64,000 bases of DNA from Octopus sinensis (Eukaryota), in the NCBI RefSeq assembly GCF_006345805.1, contig NW_021834222.1:8816-72815 (forward strand), given 5' to 3'. This document shows positions 1 through 11,176 of this stretch, piece by piece. Below the pieces are notes generated by a model that worked only from the letters and a program-made list of their open reading frames with translations, did not search any database and had not been told where the DNA came from. Within the stretch, counting starts at the first letter, position 1. Every line of letters begins with the position of its first letter. A program made the position numbers and the translations under genes.

Positions 1-1021
1 GTGGTCGCGTCCTTCCTGAGCATGCGCAAAAATGTTCGTGTCTGTAGATTGCGCCATTCGCCGGCAGTGATGTGTTGAGCGCAGATGTGAAGAGTGTGCT
101 GTGCGATGATCTTTCTTTTTGAGCCGAGAGGATCGATCGCATTGAGCAAAGAGGCTCTGTCAAATTCTGCCAAAAACTTGGTGATACGCAAGCCCAGACT
201 ATCGAGACGATTCAAAAGGCTTTTGGAGACGATGTTATGCGAAAAAACACAAATAAAGGAGTGGTACAACCGGTTCAAAGATGGCCGCACCTAAGCGAAT
301 CATGTTGTAGAAGACCATTGACTAACTGAAACGACGTAATGATTGCAAAGCAGGCCGGACGAAATGCGTAGCCGTATTTCGTCTGCCGTTACATTCTGAG
401 TTCAAATTCCACCGAGGTCGACTTTGCCTTTCATCCTTTCGGGGTTGATAAATTAAATACCAGTTAGGCACTGGGGTCGATATAATCGACTTAATCCGTT
501 TGTGTGTCCTTGTTTGTCCTCTCTGTGTTTGTCCTACCCTTGTGGGTAGTAAAGAAAACAAAAGGTTCGAGGAATAGTTTATGAAAACTGCCCTGTGACT
601 ATTGAGGAGATTGTTGCTGAAGTTGGACTCAGCCATAGGCCAGTTCAGCCAGTTTATCCTGACCACGTCGTCCAAGCATTACTCGTTAAGCAAAACACCT
701 CATTTGTTCGTCAGGCTTCCTACTCCCCAGACTTGGCTCCGTGTGACTTTTGGCTATTCCCAAAGGTAAAAAAAAAAAAGGAAATCACTCAAAAGGAAAA
801 GATTTGAGTCAACACAGGACATTAAGAAATGCGATGGCACGGCTCAGCAGCATTGTAAGAAATGTTTTCCAGAAATGTTTCTGGGAGTGGCAGGAACACT
901 GGCAGAAGTGTGAAGACTCCCAAGGCGAATATTTTGAAGGAGACTAAATCAAAATGGTGAGATTTTTTTTTATATTACTTGTTTTGGGGCCAAAGGTCAG
1001 ATTCTTTCTGACTACACCTCG
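1..1021 (+). mobile_element. Mariner (DD34D-type) DNA transposon relic, internally deleted, interrupted by a SINE; left end lies outside the window
   Basis: Frameshifted N-terminal HTH (EQR..VKFCQKLGDTQAQT..QKAFGDD / KTQIKEWYNRFKDGRT), then KVRGIVYENCPVTIEEIVAEVGLS, then YSPDLAPCDFWLFPK and GEYFEGD*. Ends in a TIR-like ggtcagattctttctgactacacctcg followed by TA (1022-1023). The first two catalytic Asp regions are missing. Confidence 0.85.
349..560 (+). mobile_element. tRNA-derived SINE family A (5'-truncated) inserted in the mariner
   Basis: Matches other copies (gaaatgcgtagccgtatttcgtctgccgttacattctgagttcaaattcc...gtagtaaagaaa); B-box-like GAGTTCAAATTCC; the mariner reading frame resumes after it. 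Confidence 0.85.
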
Positions 1022-1131
1022 TACATATACATACATACATATATACATACATACATACATACATTCATACATACATACATACATAGATACGCACATACAT
1101 ACACACATACATACACACACATATATATACG

Positions 1132-1198
<67 letters not shown>

Positions 1199-1276
1199 GC
1201 ATCTCTCAGTCTACATACATCATAATGTATATAAATATGCATGTCTACACACACACCACACACACACACACACACA

Positions 1277-1310
<34 letters not shown>

Positions 1311-1312
<2 letters not shown>

Positions 1313-1670
1313 GAGAGGTATTGGTATCCAGAAGACCCAAGATGACAGGTAAGGCTATGTAAGTGTTACGGGAGGACCGTACTTAGACTCTCGGTTCGCT
1401 AATAATACGGGTGAGGAGTTTAATGCGGGTCTTGTGTGAGCATGTATATGTTAAATAAAATGAGACAACAAAGCCAAGGCTGTGTGGAATGTATAGAACA
1501 TTTATAAAGAGAAGGGTAGTCTTACAGCTGTTTCTGGGGTATCCCTTCATATCGTCTCTGAGGAAGGGATATCCCTAATATCCGAGAAACAGCTGTAAGA
1601 CTACCTTCTCTTTATAAATGTCCTATAAATTCTATACAGCCTTGGTTTTGTTGTCTTGTTTTATTTAACA
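1311..1670. mobile_element. Composite non-autonomous element: ~135-bp body plus ~220-bp palindrome (1449-1670) carrying a hammerhead motif (family H1)
   Basis: Arms tgttaaataaaatgagacaacaaagccaaggctg...cttacagctgtttct and agaaacagctgtaag...cagccttggttttgttgtcttgttttatttaaca are reverse complements. A diverged homologous body+palindrome unit occurs at 56694-57130 in the opposite orientation. Flanked by (TA)n/(CA)n. Confidence 0.75.
1554..1601 (+). ncRNA. Type-I hammerhead ribozyme motif (H1)
   Basis: GUCU-CUGAGGA-AG-GGAUAU/CCCUA/AUAUCC-GA-GAAA-C-AGCU-GUA-AGAC: stem I GUCU/AGAC, stem II 6 bp (with extra flanking nucleotides), palindromic stem III ACAGCUGU, GUA cleavage triplet. Confidence 0.6.
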
Positions 1671-1674
1671 CACA

Positions 1675-1723
<49 letters not shown>

Positions 1724-2009
1724 GCATGTATGTATGTATATAATGTAAATAATATACATGCATATATACATATGTATATGTACATACTTACATCTATATG
1801 TATATATATGTGTATACACACATATATACACATATATATATGTCGCCGCGCTACCGTGCCCGAAATCGAAAGAACGAACCTAAGCTCGCGGTATGGCCCA
1901 CGTACACGTGGACGTAGGCGCGATCGATATATATGTATTTATATACATATACATACTTATAATATAATATATATATATTATATATATATATATATATATG
2001 TATATAAAT

Positions 2010-2089
<80 letters not shown>

Positions 2090-2932
2090 CTGTGTGCGTG
2101 TGTATGTGCATGTACGTACATGTGTGTGTGTGTGTACGTGTGTGTGTTATACTGTATAGAAAGCCAGAGCTGTACATACTCTCAGTTCCGATCCTCGGTC
2201 GATTATAATGAACAGAACATACGACAAATAGATATGCTTTGATTAGATAAGGATGGAACAAAAATATCTTGCCTCGCCGATAAAGTAACCGTTATTGTGA
2301 TGGGTGAATATACTGGTTAGAAAAGAAAATGAAGAGGAGAAAGAAGTAACATGGTGTAGGTGCTGTGTAAATACATATACAATAAAAAAAAAAAATGGCT
2401 GTATAGATAAACCGGATGCTATGTGAGGGAGGAAAAAATAGATAAAATTTAAGGAGAGTAAATAAAAGGAAGATAGATTTTAAAATGCGATGTGTTACGA
2501 GGGTCTAACCATGCAAAATTATTCAATGGTTTATTGATTCAATTACAACAAAAAACATCAAAGAGATTAATGTAAGGCGGTACAGAGGTGCAACAAAAAA
2601 TAAACAAAGGTATGTTAATAAACTCTGAAAAATTCGGGCATTTTTTTTTAGTTGTGAAAGTCGTAAAAAAGGAATAATTTGTCCTTTAAACACAGTTTAC
2701 TTATAAACAGTTGCATCTTTGAGTGTTGTAAAAACCACCTGCCGCCAAAAATATATAAATAAAATATATTTATACATATGTATAATATATAAATATAATA
2801 TGTATGGCATAAAAATACAATATATGATATATTTCATACATATATCAAATAATATATAGTGTATTATACATTATACAAAGATGATATAATATAAAAATAA
2901 ATATAATACATACAATATATATATCACGTATT

Positions 2933-3180
2933 GCGTAATGGCCCAGTGGTTAGGGCAGCGGACACGCGGTCATAGGAACGCAGTTTTGATTCCCAGACCG
3001 GGCGTTGTGAGTGGTGGCGAACCCTGCTGTACTCTTTCACCACAACTTCCTGTCACTCTTTCTGTTGTACCTGTATTTCAAAGGGCCAGCCTTGTCACAC
3101 TCTGTGTCATTCTGAATCTCCCTGAGAACTACATTAAGGGTACACGTGTATGTGGAGTACTCAGCCACTTGCACGTTAAT
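2933..3180 (+). mobile_element. tRNA-derived SINE family C
   Basis: tRNA-like head (tggcccagtggttagggc...ttgattcc) and a body (tgtacctgtatttcaaagggccagccttgtcac...cagccacttgcacgttaat) shared with 35085-35352 and 44190-45603. Confidence 0.75.
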
Positions 3181-3349
3181 CTAAAAGATACCATCGTGCT
3201 AGAGATAGCAGTCAAAACTTGACTCTAAAACCACATCATGTATTCATACAGCACCAGGAGAAGAGACAAAGGGACAAATAAACTAGCAAAATATTATCGG
3301 ATAATCCCAGAAATCTAGATCTGGTCTAATTTTGTAAAGGATTAACTGG

Positions 3350-3857
3350 ACCGTTCTGTTTTTTTTATTGTACTGTGACTGTTCCAATTTATTTGAACTA
3401 GATGTGACAACCTGTCATGCCAAACATTCAAGAGGACTTTGAAGATGTGGAGTTTATTTCCAGCAAGATGGAACAACCCAACGCTACCATAGTATTGTAA
3501 GGGCCTATCTTGATGATAGGGGGTTTCGATGAAATGTTTCAATAGAATATACTCTACGCTCACCGGATCTTACATCACCGAACCTTTTTTGAAGGAGATA
3601 CCAATAAGTATAAAACCCGCAGCAGTCGTCGAATTGAGGGCAACCAATGTATGAGCATGAATATAAATATAGCACAGGAAATGTTTCTTGATGTTTGCAA
3701 TTCCATTGCTTTGCGTTTTGAGCGGTGCCTTGGCTACAGCAGTCACCAGTCTGCCAACTGATGTTCATAAAATCTTTAAAGTCTTTCTGTAGATTCAATT
3801 AAATTTCGAAAATGAAGTGTATTTTAATAAACACTGACTTTATAATCATTCAGTGTG
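3350..3857 (+). mobile_element. Highly decayed Tc1/mariner-superfamily transposase 3' half
   Basis: Frameshifted translation gives F-(Q)QDG-like, YHSIVRAYLDD, RSPDLT and C-terminal ERCL..(G)HQ motifs; ends in a TIR-like gactttataatca. Confidence 0.5.
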
Positions 3858-3924
3858 TGTGTATACATTTTTGGAGGACTTTCCCCCCCTCTCTCTCTCT
3901 ACACACACACATATATATAGGGAT

Positions 3925-4130
3925 AGTTTACGAAAAAAAACAAACAAAAGACGAAGACAGGTGGTGTAAAAAAAAAGAGATGTATTAGTAATCACGCTCA
4001 GGAATAGAAAAAGTCTTTTACGTTTCGAGCCTACGCTCTTCTACGAAAGGAACACAGAAAGAAACAAGGAGAGAAACAAGGAGAGAAAAAAGGAGAGAAA
4101 AAAGGAGAGAAAAAAGGAGAGAAAAAAGGA
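3925..4130 (-). mobile_element. Short microsatellite-flanked element with degenerate hammerhead (family H3)
   Basis: Minus strand cttt-cgtaga-a-gagc-gtag-gctc-gaaac-gta-aaag (4015-4049) followed by actttttctattcctgagcgt...cacctgtcttcgtcttttgtt; homologous to 12790-12950 and 56536-56615. Confidence 0.6.
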
Positions 4131-4840
4131 ACACACACACACACATGTATATATACCGCCATTCTGACTAGTATATGTTGAATAGAAAAATTCTAAGGTT
4201 GAAAAAAGAAAAACAACGCAGTATGTATTATGTATCATTGTGTTTGTGTCGTAATTGTTATATTAAACGATATCAATACATTACAAAGCAATAAACGGAA
4301 AGTCGACGACGTAGGCAGGGAGATCAACCGAAGCCTTCCATCATTCTAAGGGCCATGGCTTTTCACATTTTTGCACAACAGTAAGAAAATTGAGAGATTA
4401 TATTCTTGTGAAAATTGGTGGTATTGATAGTGGTAGTGGTATCGGGTGGTGGCAGTGGTTGGTTTCATTTTTGTTTAGCAGACCGATAATCAAAAGTATT
4501 TCAGCCGTGACCATCCCGTTTGTTTCTTATTTGCAGAGAACATTAGCCCACATTATTCAGCGAGTTCTGTTTCCAAGATGCTGTGTGTGATGTGAGAAAG
4601 ATTTGGCTGCTGTTTCAAGCTGATGTCGTTGGTATTAGTGAACAATGAGGATGGTGAACGGTGTAGCAGTTATTCGTGCTTTTGTAAGACTCTGATGGCG
4701 GGTTCAGACCCGTTACACGGTGTCAGATCAAGAACACTGATTGGTCAGTCAACTATTCTTTGATTGGTCAGTTGAAATATGTCTTAGAGGGATCAGTGAA
4801 AGGGTTTCGTTTGGTCAGTTAATGACATTGACTAGTTATC

Positions 4841-5190
4841 TTTTATCTTGTTGCAGTCATTAGACTGCGGCGATGCTAGAGCACCGCCTTGAAGAATTCC
4901 TTTTTTTAGTCGAATGAATCGACCTCAATGCTAAATATTTTTTCATAAGCCAGGTACTTACCCCATCGGTCTCTTTTGCCGAACCGTTAAGTTACAGGAA
5001 CTTGAACACATCAGCATCGGTTATCAAGCGATGGTGGGGCACAAAAAAACACACACTCATATGTACGACGGGTTTCTTCCCACTCACAAGGCCCAAGGCG
5101 ATAAAAGAACACTTACACAGACTGCCACGCAGTGGGACTGAACCCGGAACCACGTGGCTGAGACGCAAACTTCTTACCACACAGCCACGC
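4841..5190 (-). mobile_element. tRNA-derived SINE family B (internally deleted)
   Basis: Shares ccacgcagtgggactgaacccggaacc, ctcttttgccgaacc and gagcaccgcc blocks with the full copies at 20427, 55989 and 63215. Confidence 0.8.
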
Positions 5191-5226
5191 AGTCCTTCAC
5201 AGTAAATATGTCAGTTATGAGGAAAG

Positions 5227-5263
<37 letters not shown>

Positions 5264-5554
5264 AGGGATAGAGAGGAGATAGAGAGAGAGAGATAGAGAG
5301 AGGAACTAACCAGTTTTCAGAATACAAACTGGCATGTTGTACATGTGCAATATATGTGAACTGTGCCTCCCCTACCAGCATATTTTGGGTTTTTAGTTCT
5401 AAAAAATATTTTACAAGACGCTTTTTATCAGTCTTGTTTGCTTTGACTTATTTCCCAACAAGACTTTCTCCAACTTTCTTTTTAATTCAGTTACAAGACC
5501 AATCATTACATATTGGATAATGTTTTTCATAAATCTTCACATAATGGAACTGGC

Positions 5555-5960
5555 ACACACAGGTAAGTTAATTAAAGGTAAGTTATTCAATGATAAGTTA
5601 ATTGATTTGAGGTAAGTTGAGTTGACTAAAGTATTCTAATGAGATCGAAGATAATAAGAGGTAAGCTAAAAGTAGGTCGATGATTAGGGACGTTGAAGTG
5701 AGATTATTAGATGTAAATTAATTACAAATTAATTGTTTAGGGTTATGTTTATTAGAGGTAAACAAATGGGAGTTATGTTAGTAAATAATAAGTTAATTAG
5801 AAGTTAATTAAAAATAAGTTAAAGGGATGTAACTGGATTTGAGATAATTTAATTAAAAATAATTTTATTGGTTAATTAGTGGTAAGTTAGAGATAAATTA
5901 ATTAGTTGTAGGTTGATTAGAGATAAACCGATTTGGTATAAGTTAATTACAGATAAATTT
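5555..5960. repeat. Degenerate AT-rich minisatellite-like tract
   Basis: Recurrent (g)taagttaatta(g) / agataa(g)ttaatt motifs at irregular ~15-20 bp spacing. Confidence 0.4.
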
Positions 5961-7204
5961 CTGGCCAGTCATATCCGTGATTTTCAATGGCAGCCATGAT
6001 ACAACCAGACATTTCATGTGAATTTAAAAACCATAAAACATCACCCGTTCTCATTTTTGTTCTGATTAAATCCGTTGTATTTTGAAAGAATTAGAAATTT
6101 CTTTCTAAAACCGGATATCTTCACAATTCTAAAACAGAACTGACACAAGTTCAAACCCATGTCTAATCCAAAATAATGCTTAGAATAATTTTATTTCGTC
6201 GACTTCAATGTCTGTATATTCTTTATGTTTGACGAAAAATGAAAGCTATTTGTCTTACATGCTAATTAGCTAATTATCTGATTATCTGCATGACGAAGAT
6301 GTTTTACTGAATTCTATATCATATAGTAGAATCAAATTCGTTCACAACAATGCCATACTACTAGCCGAAAATTGGAGAGATAGTATCACGTGACTGGCGC
6401 AGTATTGTGTCTCTGGTCAACGATTAGTTCCTTGGTATTTGATTCTCCTCGGTATAGATAAAATGTAGATCATTAATTAACGAGTGTACATACAGATACA
6501 GTGAATAACCGTGGATTTTTAACTAACGAGGTTATTAATAGATACAGTGTCTAATTATGGATTATTACTGCAGTATTAAGGGTTTTTTTCATTAACGTGA
6601 ATTATATTGTGTTGTTCAAGTTTTTTTTCTAGTAGAAAGCCAACAGATATTTCTCCATTACTCAACAGAGATTAACGTCCCACGCATTTTCATTGTATTA
6701 GGTTCGTTTCTAATTCCTCTGGTGATGCCTGGTCATGATGAATCCGTTTAGAACTCTCTTCAAATGAAAGTTTGCTTTTTCAATGGATATCGTACAATAT
6801 GGCAGACATTCTCCCACTACTTCATGTTCCGCCTACAGACTAAAAGCTGAACACTCATTGCAGACGGAGCCAGTCTCGCCGTTCGTATTTATCAACAACA
6901 GCGCAAATCAAGGAGCGGCAGCTTTTTACCGAAAATGGCGCTCTCGGTTATTCTCCAGTGGCAGACATTACAAGTTAGATTTCTTAGAGACATCAAGAGA
7001 ACCAATTTATGTCATTTGTCTGTTGTAACATTCTACAAGTTAACTTTTTAAAATATTGTTGCCTCCAACCATACAAATTTATCTGTCACCTCTCTTGAAT
7101 TTTCATTTAAAATTCTTTCTTAAATATCAAAATATACAAAGTTGGAGCATAGCATTCATGCCTGAGACTTCATTCTATGCTTATACGTAATTAAATAACT
7201 GCAT

Positions 7205-7410
7205 TGAAGACGGCGATCTGGCAGAATTGTTTTTGCGTCTGATGAAAATGCTTAGCGAAATTTCTTCCGGCTCTTTACATTCAAAGGTCAGATTCTGCCG
7301 AGGTCGACTTTGCTTTTCATCCTTTTGGGGTCGATGAAATAATTACGAGTTGAGCACTGAGATCGATGTGATCCGACAAACCCCCTCCATTAAAAATTAC
7401 AAGCCTTGTA
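7205..7410 (+). mobile_element. SINE family A, diverged copy
   Basis: ggcgatctggcagaa...ctgccgaggtcgactttgcttttcatccttttggggtcgat. Confidence 0.7.
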
Positions 7411-7591
7411 AAAATATTTTTAAAAAATGAAGCAATAAGACTGTATTGTACATAGTTGTAATAAAAATATTTAAAACCTCTTCCCGTGTTTAGATAAATA
7501 ATTGATTTGTGGGTGTGGACGACATATTATTAAGAGTGGTACTTCACAAACGTACTCTGATTTTTTCCGTTGATATTTTGTATTCTGTTAA

Positions 7592-8390
7592 GGCGGCGAG
7601 CTGGCAGAAACGTTAGCATGGCCGGCGAAATGCTTAGCGGTATTTCGTCTGCCGTTACGTTCTGAGTTCAAATTCCGCCAAGGTCGACTTTGCCTTTCAT
7701 CCTTTCAGGGTCGATTAAATAAGTACCAGATACGCACTGGGGTCGATATAATCGACTTAATCCGTTTGTCTATCCTTGTTTGTCCTCTCTGTGTTTAGCC
7801 CCTTGTGGGTAGCAAAGAAATAGGTATTTCGTCTGTCTTAACGTTCTGAGTTCAAATTCCGCCGAGGTCGACTTTGCTTTTCATCCTTTAGGGGTCGATT
7901 AAATAAGTACCAGATACGCACTGGGGTCGATATAATCGACTTAATCCGTTTGTCTATCCTTGTTTGTCCTCTCTGTGTTTAGCCCCTTGTGGGTAGCAAA
8001 GAAATAGGTATTTCGTCTGTCTTAACGTTCTGAGTTCAAATTCCGCCGAGGTCGACTTTGCTTTTCATCCTTTAGGGGTCGATTAAATAAGTACCATTTA
8101 CGCACTGGGGTCGATATAATTGATTTAATCTGTTCTGTTTGTCTGTTCTTGTTCACCCCTCTGTGTGTAGCCCCTTGTGGGCAGTAAAGAAATAAAAAAA
8201 CGTTAGCACGCCGGACGAGATGCTTAGCGGTATTTCGTCTGTCTTTACGTTCTGAGTTCAAATTCCGCTGAGGTCGACTTTGCCTTTCATCCTTTCGGGG
8301 TCGATTAAATAAGTACTAGTTGCGTACTGAGGGTCGATCTAATTGACTGCCCTCTCTCCCCAAATTTCAGCCTTGTGCCTAGAATAGAAA
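7592..8390 (+). mobile_element. SINE family A head-to-tail multimer (one head plus ~184-bp units, final copy with alternative tail)
   Basis: Head ggcggcgagctggcagaaacgttagc (A-box-like), then units restarting at ggtatttcgtctg directly after aaagaaata (~7639, 7823, ~8007). Confidence 0.9.
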
Positions 8391-8691
8391 AGGATATTTT
8401 GTACTTTTTTATTTCTGTGCTTGTAAATATCTTCCCAGCTCACGCAGGTAACATTCAACAAATGATTTTGCTAGATAGTGGCGCGCCTCGATGGAGAGGT
8501 CGTGCCTCTCAAACTGTCTCTAATTCATAAGTGGAATGTGGGATTTGATTACATTTGAGATCAAAATAATTTGAGTCGAAGAAATGAGATTTACCAAAGT
8601 TTGGTCTCACAGAACCTTGATAATTCTACTTACAGAGAAGAAAAAAATCAGACATTTCGTTGTTTTAGAAAAAAAACATACTCTCTCTCTC

Positions 8692-8725
<34 letters not shown>

Positions 8726-9129
8726 ACTCTTTGGGCCTCTCACTCACGCACATACAGACGCTTATACATTTACATACACATACATTCTCTCTCTCTCTTG
8801 CACACAAACATACACTTCATTCACTCACATGTTGGAATCTATATCATTGTAAACAGAAACTTTCGACACTCATAACTGAAGACAAACCATACGCAGTAAA
8901 AGAATGAATATAAGAAGGAAGGGAAGTGAGAAATAGGTAAGAAAAAAAGGGGTGAGGGACCGAACATAACAAGATGGTTCCCTTTTAGAGATGAAGAGTG
9001 AAGAATAGTGGAAAATATAACATTTTTTGCTCTTTTCTTGGCAACATTATTTTAATGCATGTGTCTTATTTGGGCAGTTGGCTACACTCCTACTTTGGAC
9101 AATGTGTGTGCGCGCGTGTGTGTGTAAGT

Positions 9130-9258
9130 GGAAGACTTCTATAAATGGCTGAAGATTGCTCAACATTTTAAAACTGATGTAATACTTACAATGTTTAATA
9201 AAATGAAGTAGCATGAAACGATTGTACCAAAGATATACTTGTTGCTTATTTTGATTAT
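9130..9258 (+). mobile_element. Decayed single-arm copy of hammerhead element family H2
   Basis: tgg-ctgaaga-ttgctcaacattttaaaactgatgtaatacttacaatgtttaataaaatgaagtagcat-gaaac-gatt-gta-cca...gttgcttattttgatta(TA)n; homologous to the arms of 52182-52498. Confidence 0.75.
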
Positions 9259-9911
9259 ATATATATATATGTATGTATGTATGTAATGTAGTTATTAACG
9301 TGGGGTCAAACGCTTCTGGTTCACTAATACCATTTTCTCTCCTTACAGTAGCTACATGTTGAAGGATTCCATCAAATTTGGTTTAAAAGTGAACGATGGA
9401 AGCGACAAAGATAAATAAAACACAATATTGTGAAGCGTTATGTTTGCACAACCAATTCTAAATATATTTAATAATTCATGTTTTCTTCTATGTCTGTCTA
9501 CCTCCATAAAACATGGAAGTTCCTGCAAAATGGAATAAAATTTAATTAATTCTGTTCGTGACTCTCCATATATGGAATATAACAATTTCCATTTATCTTT
9601 CGCCCCGCCTCCTCATTCATTCGTCTACGTCGCCTCTCCTCTTCCGCCACCTCCTTTCTATAATATCCACTCTTTATACATAATTCTTCATCTTTATTTC
9701 AATGATTTGCAGTTTTCGTTTGAATTAAAGCGAATTCCAGCCTGGAAGTGTACAAGTTTAGATTGAAATTGTAACCAAGCCATACTTTCAGGCTTTTAGG
9801 ATTGTGGCTCACTCACTACTTACGAACTAAACATACACGTACATACATACATAAATACATACATACATACATACATACATACACATACATACATACTACA
9901 TACATACATAC

Positions 9912-9959
<48 letters not shown>

Positions 9960-9983
9960 TATATATATATTATATATATATAT

Positions 9984-10184
9984 ACTTTTATTTGTTTCAG
10001 TTATTTGACTGCAGCCATGCTGGAGCACGGCATTTTAGTCGAGCAAATCGACCCCAGGACTTATTCTTTGTAAGCCTGGTACTTATTCTATCGGTCTCTT
10101 TTGCCGAACGGCTATGTTACGGGGATGTAAACATACCAGCATCGGTTGTCAAGCGATGTTGGGGAGACAAACAGAGGCACATAA

Positions 10185-10239
<55 letters not shown>

Positions 10240-10275
10240 GCTTCTTTCAGTTTCCGTCTACCAAATCCACTCACA
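9984..10275 (-). mobile_element. SINE family B, 3' part
   Basis: tttgactgcagccatgctggagcac...ctcttttgccgaacg...tttccgtctaccaaatccactcac. Confidence 0.8.
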
Positions 10276-10701
10276 CACACAAACACACCACACACAAACA
10301 CACACACACAACACACACACACACCACACACACACACACATATATAGAGGATATTTATATATGTATAGTTAGAACAATCAGTAAGTCGTCATAATAGTTT
10401 CAAATGCCGGAGCTAAGAGCTACAATATCTATGTGTGGATGTGCTGTGGATGTGTGTGTATGCGTGTGTGCGTGTGTATGTGTACGTGTGGGTGTGCGTG
10501 TGTGTTTGTGTATGTCTTTGTAAGTATGTGTGATAGCATGTGAAAATGTGTTTCTTTATCTGTGTATATATGTAAAAGTACGAATGTGTATGTATGTGTG
10601 TGTGTGTGTAAGACTTTCGAATCATTGAACATATTCTTCTCCGATTTCTTCTCCCTCTATCTTTCGTTCGATTCTCCTCTTTGTCTATCTCTGCCTCCTT
10701 C

Positions 10702-10768
10702 GTTCTGATGACGTTTTACCATTTGCAACATATTTACCTCAGTATGCTACACAGAAACAGCTGTAAAC
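10702..10768 (+). ncRNA. Type-I hammerhead motif (H4) with long, weak stem II
   Basis: GUU-CUGAUGA-(42 nt)-GAAA-C-AGCU-GUA-AAC: intact core, stem I GUU/AAC, palindromic stem III. Confidence 0.5.
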
Positions 10769-10946
10769 TCACTCTTACCCTCACCTTGCTTAACTAATTA
10801 ATTAAATAATGGCTTTTTAGCACCAAAGACACTCTTCTCATTGTTGTTTTTCTCCATTTTCTTATCGTGTATGTATATGACCGCGTGTGTACCGTTGGCG
10901 ATTTTTTCCCTCCGTCTTCCCTTCCTTGGATCTTTCCTTTTCCTGT

Positions 10947-10981
10947 GTTTCTGACGAAGAGCTCCGCTCGAAACGTTAAAT
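10947..10981 (+). ncRNA. Minimal type-I hammerhead motif (H3-related)
   Basis: GUUU-CUGACGA-A-GAGC/UCC/GCUC-GAAAC-GUU-AAAU: intact core with an extra A before stem II; ACGU palindrome in place of stem III. Confidence 0.6.
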
Positions 10982-11080
10982 CCTCCTTCTTTCTTTCCTT
11001 TCCTGAGCGTCTAATAACACTATACTTGTTCCACATCCTCGCGTTGTTGTGTTTTCTCTTTGTGTTTTCATGTTTGGATT

Positions 11081-11115
<35 letters not shown>

Positions 11116-11125
11116 ATATATATAT

Positions 11126-11176
<51 letters not shown>

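Noticed and set aside
5960-7030. Possible DNA-transposon remnant in unique-looking sequence
   Set aside because: No TIR pair or transposase motif could be identified by eye.
7239-7270. CUGAUGA...GAAA hammerhead-like string
   Set aside because: It lies in a mutated SINE-A head (other copies read ccggacgaaatgcttagcggta), with no stem I or III; coincidental.
7592-7690. tRNA gene calls for SINE heads (also 20427, 2933, 39818-39900)
   Set aside because: A/B-box-like motifs are present but there is no complete cloverleaf, and they continue into repeated SINE bodies.
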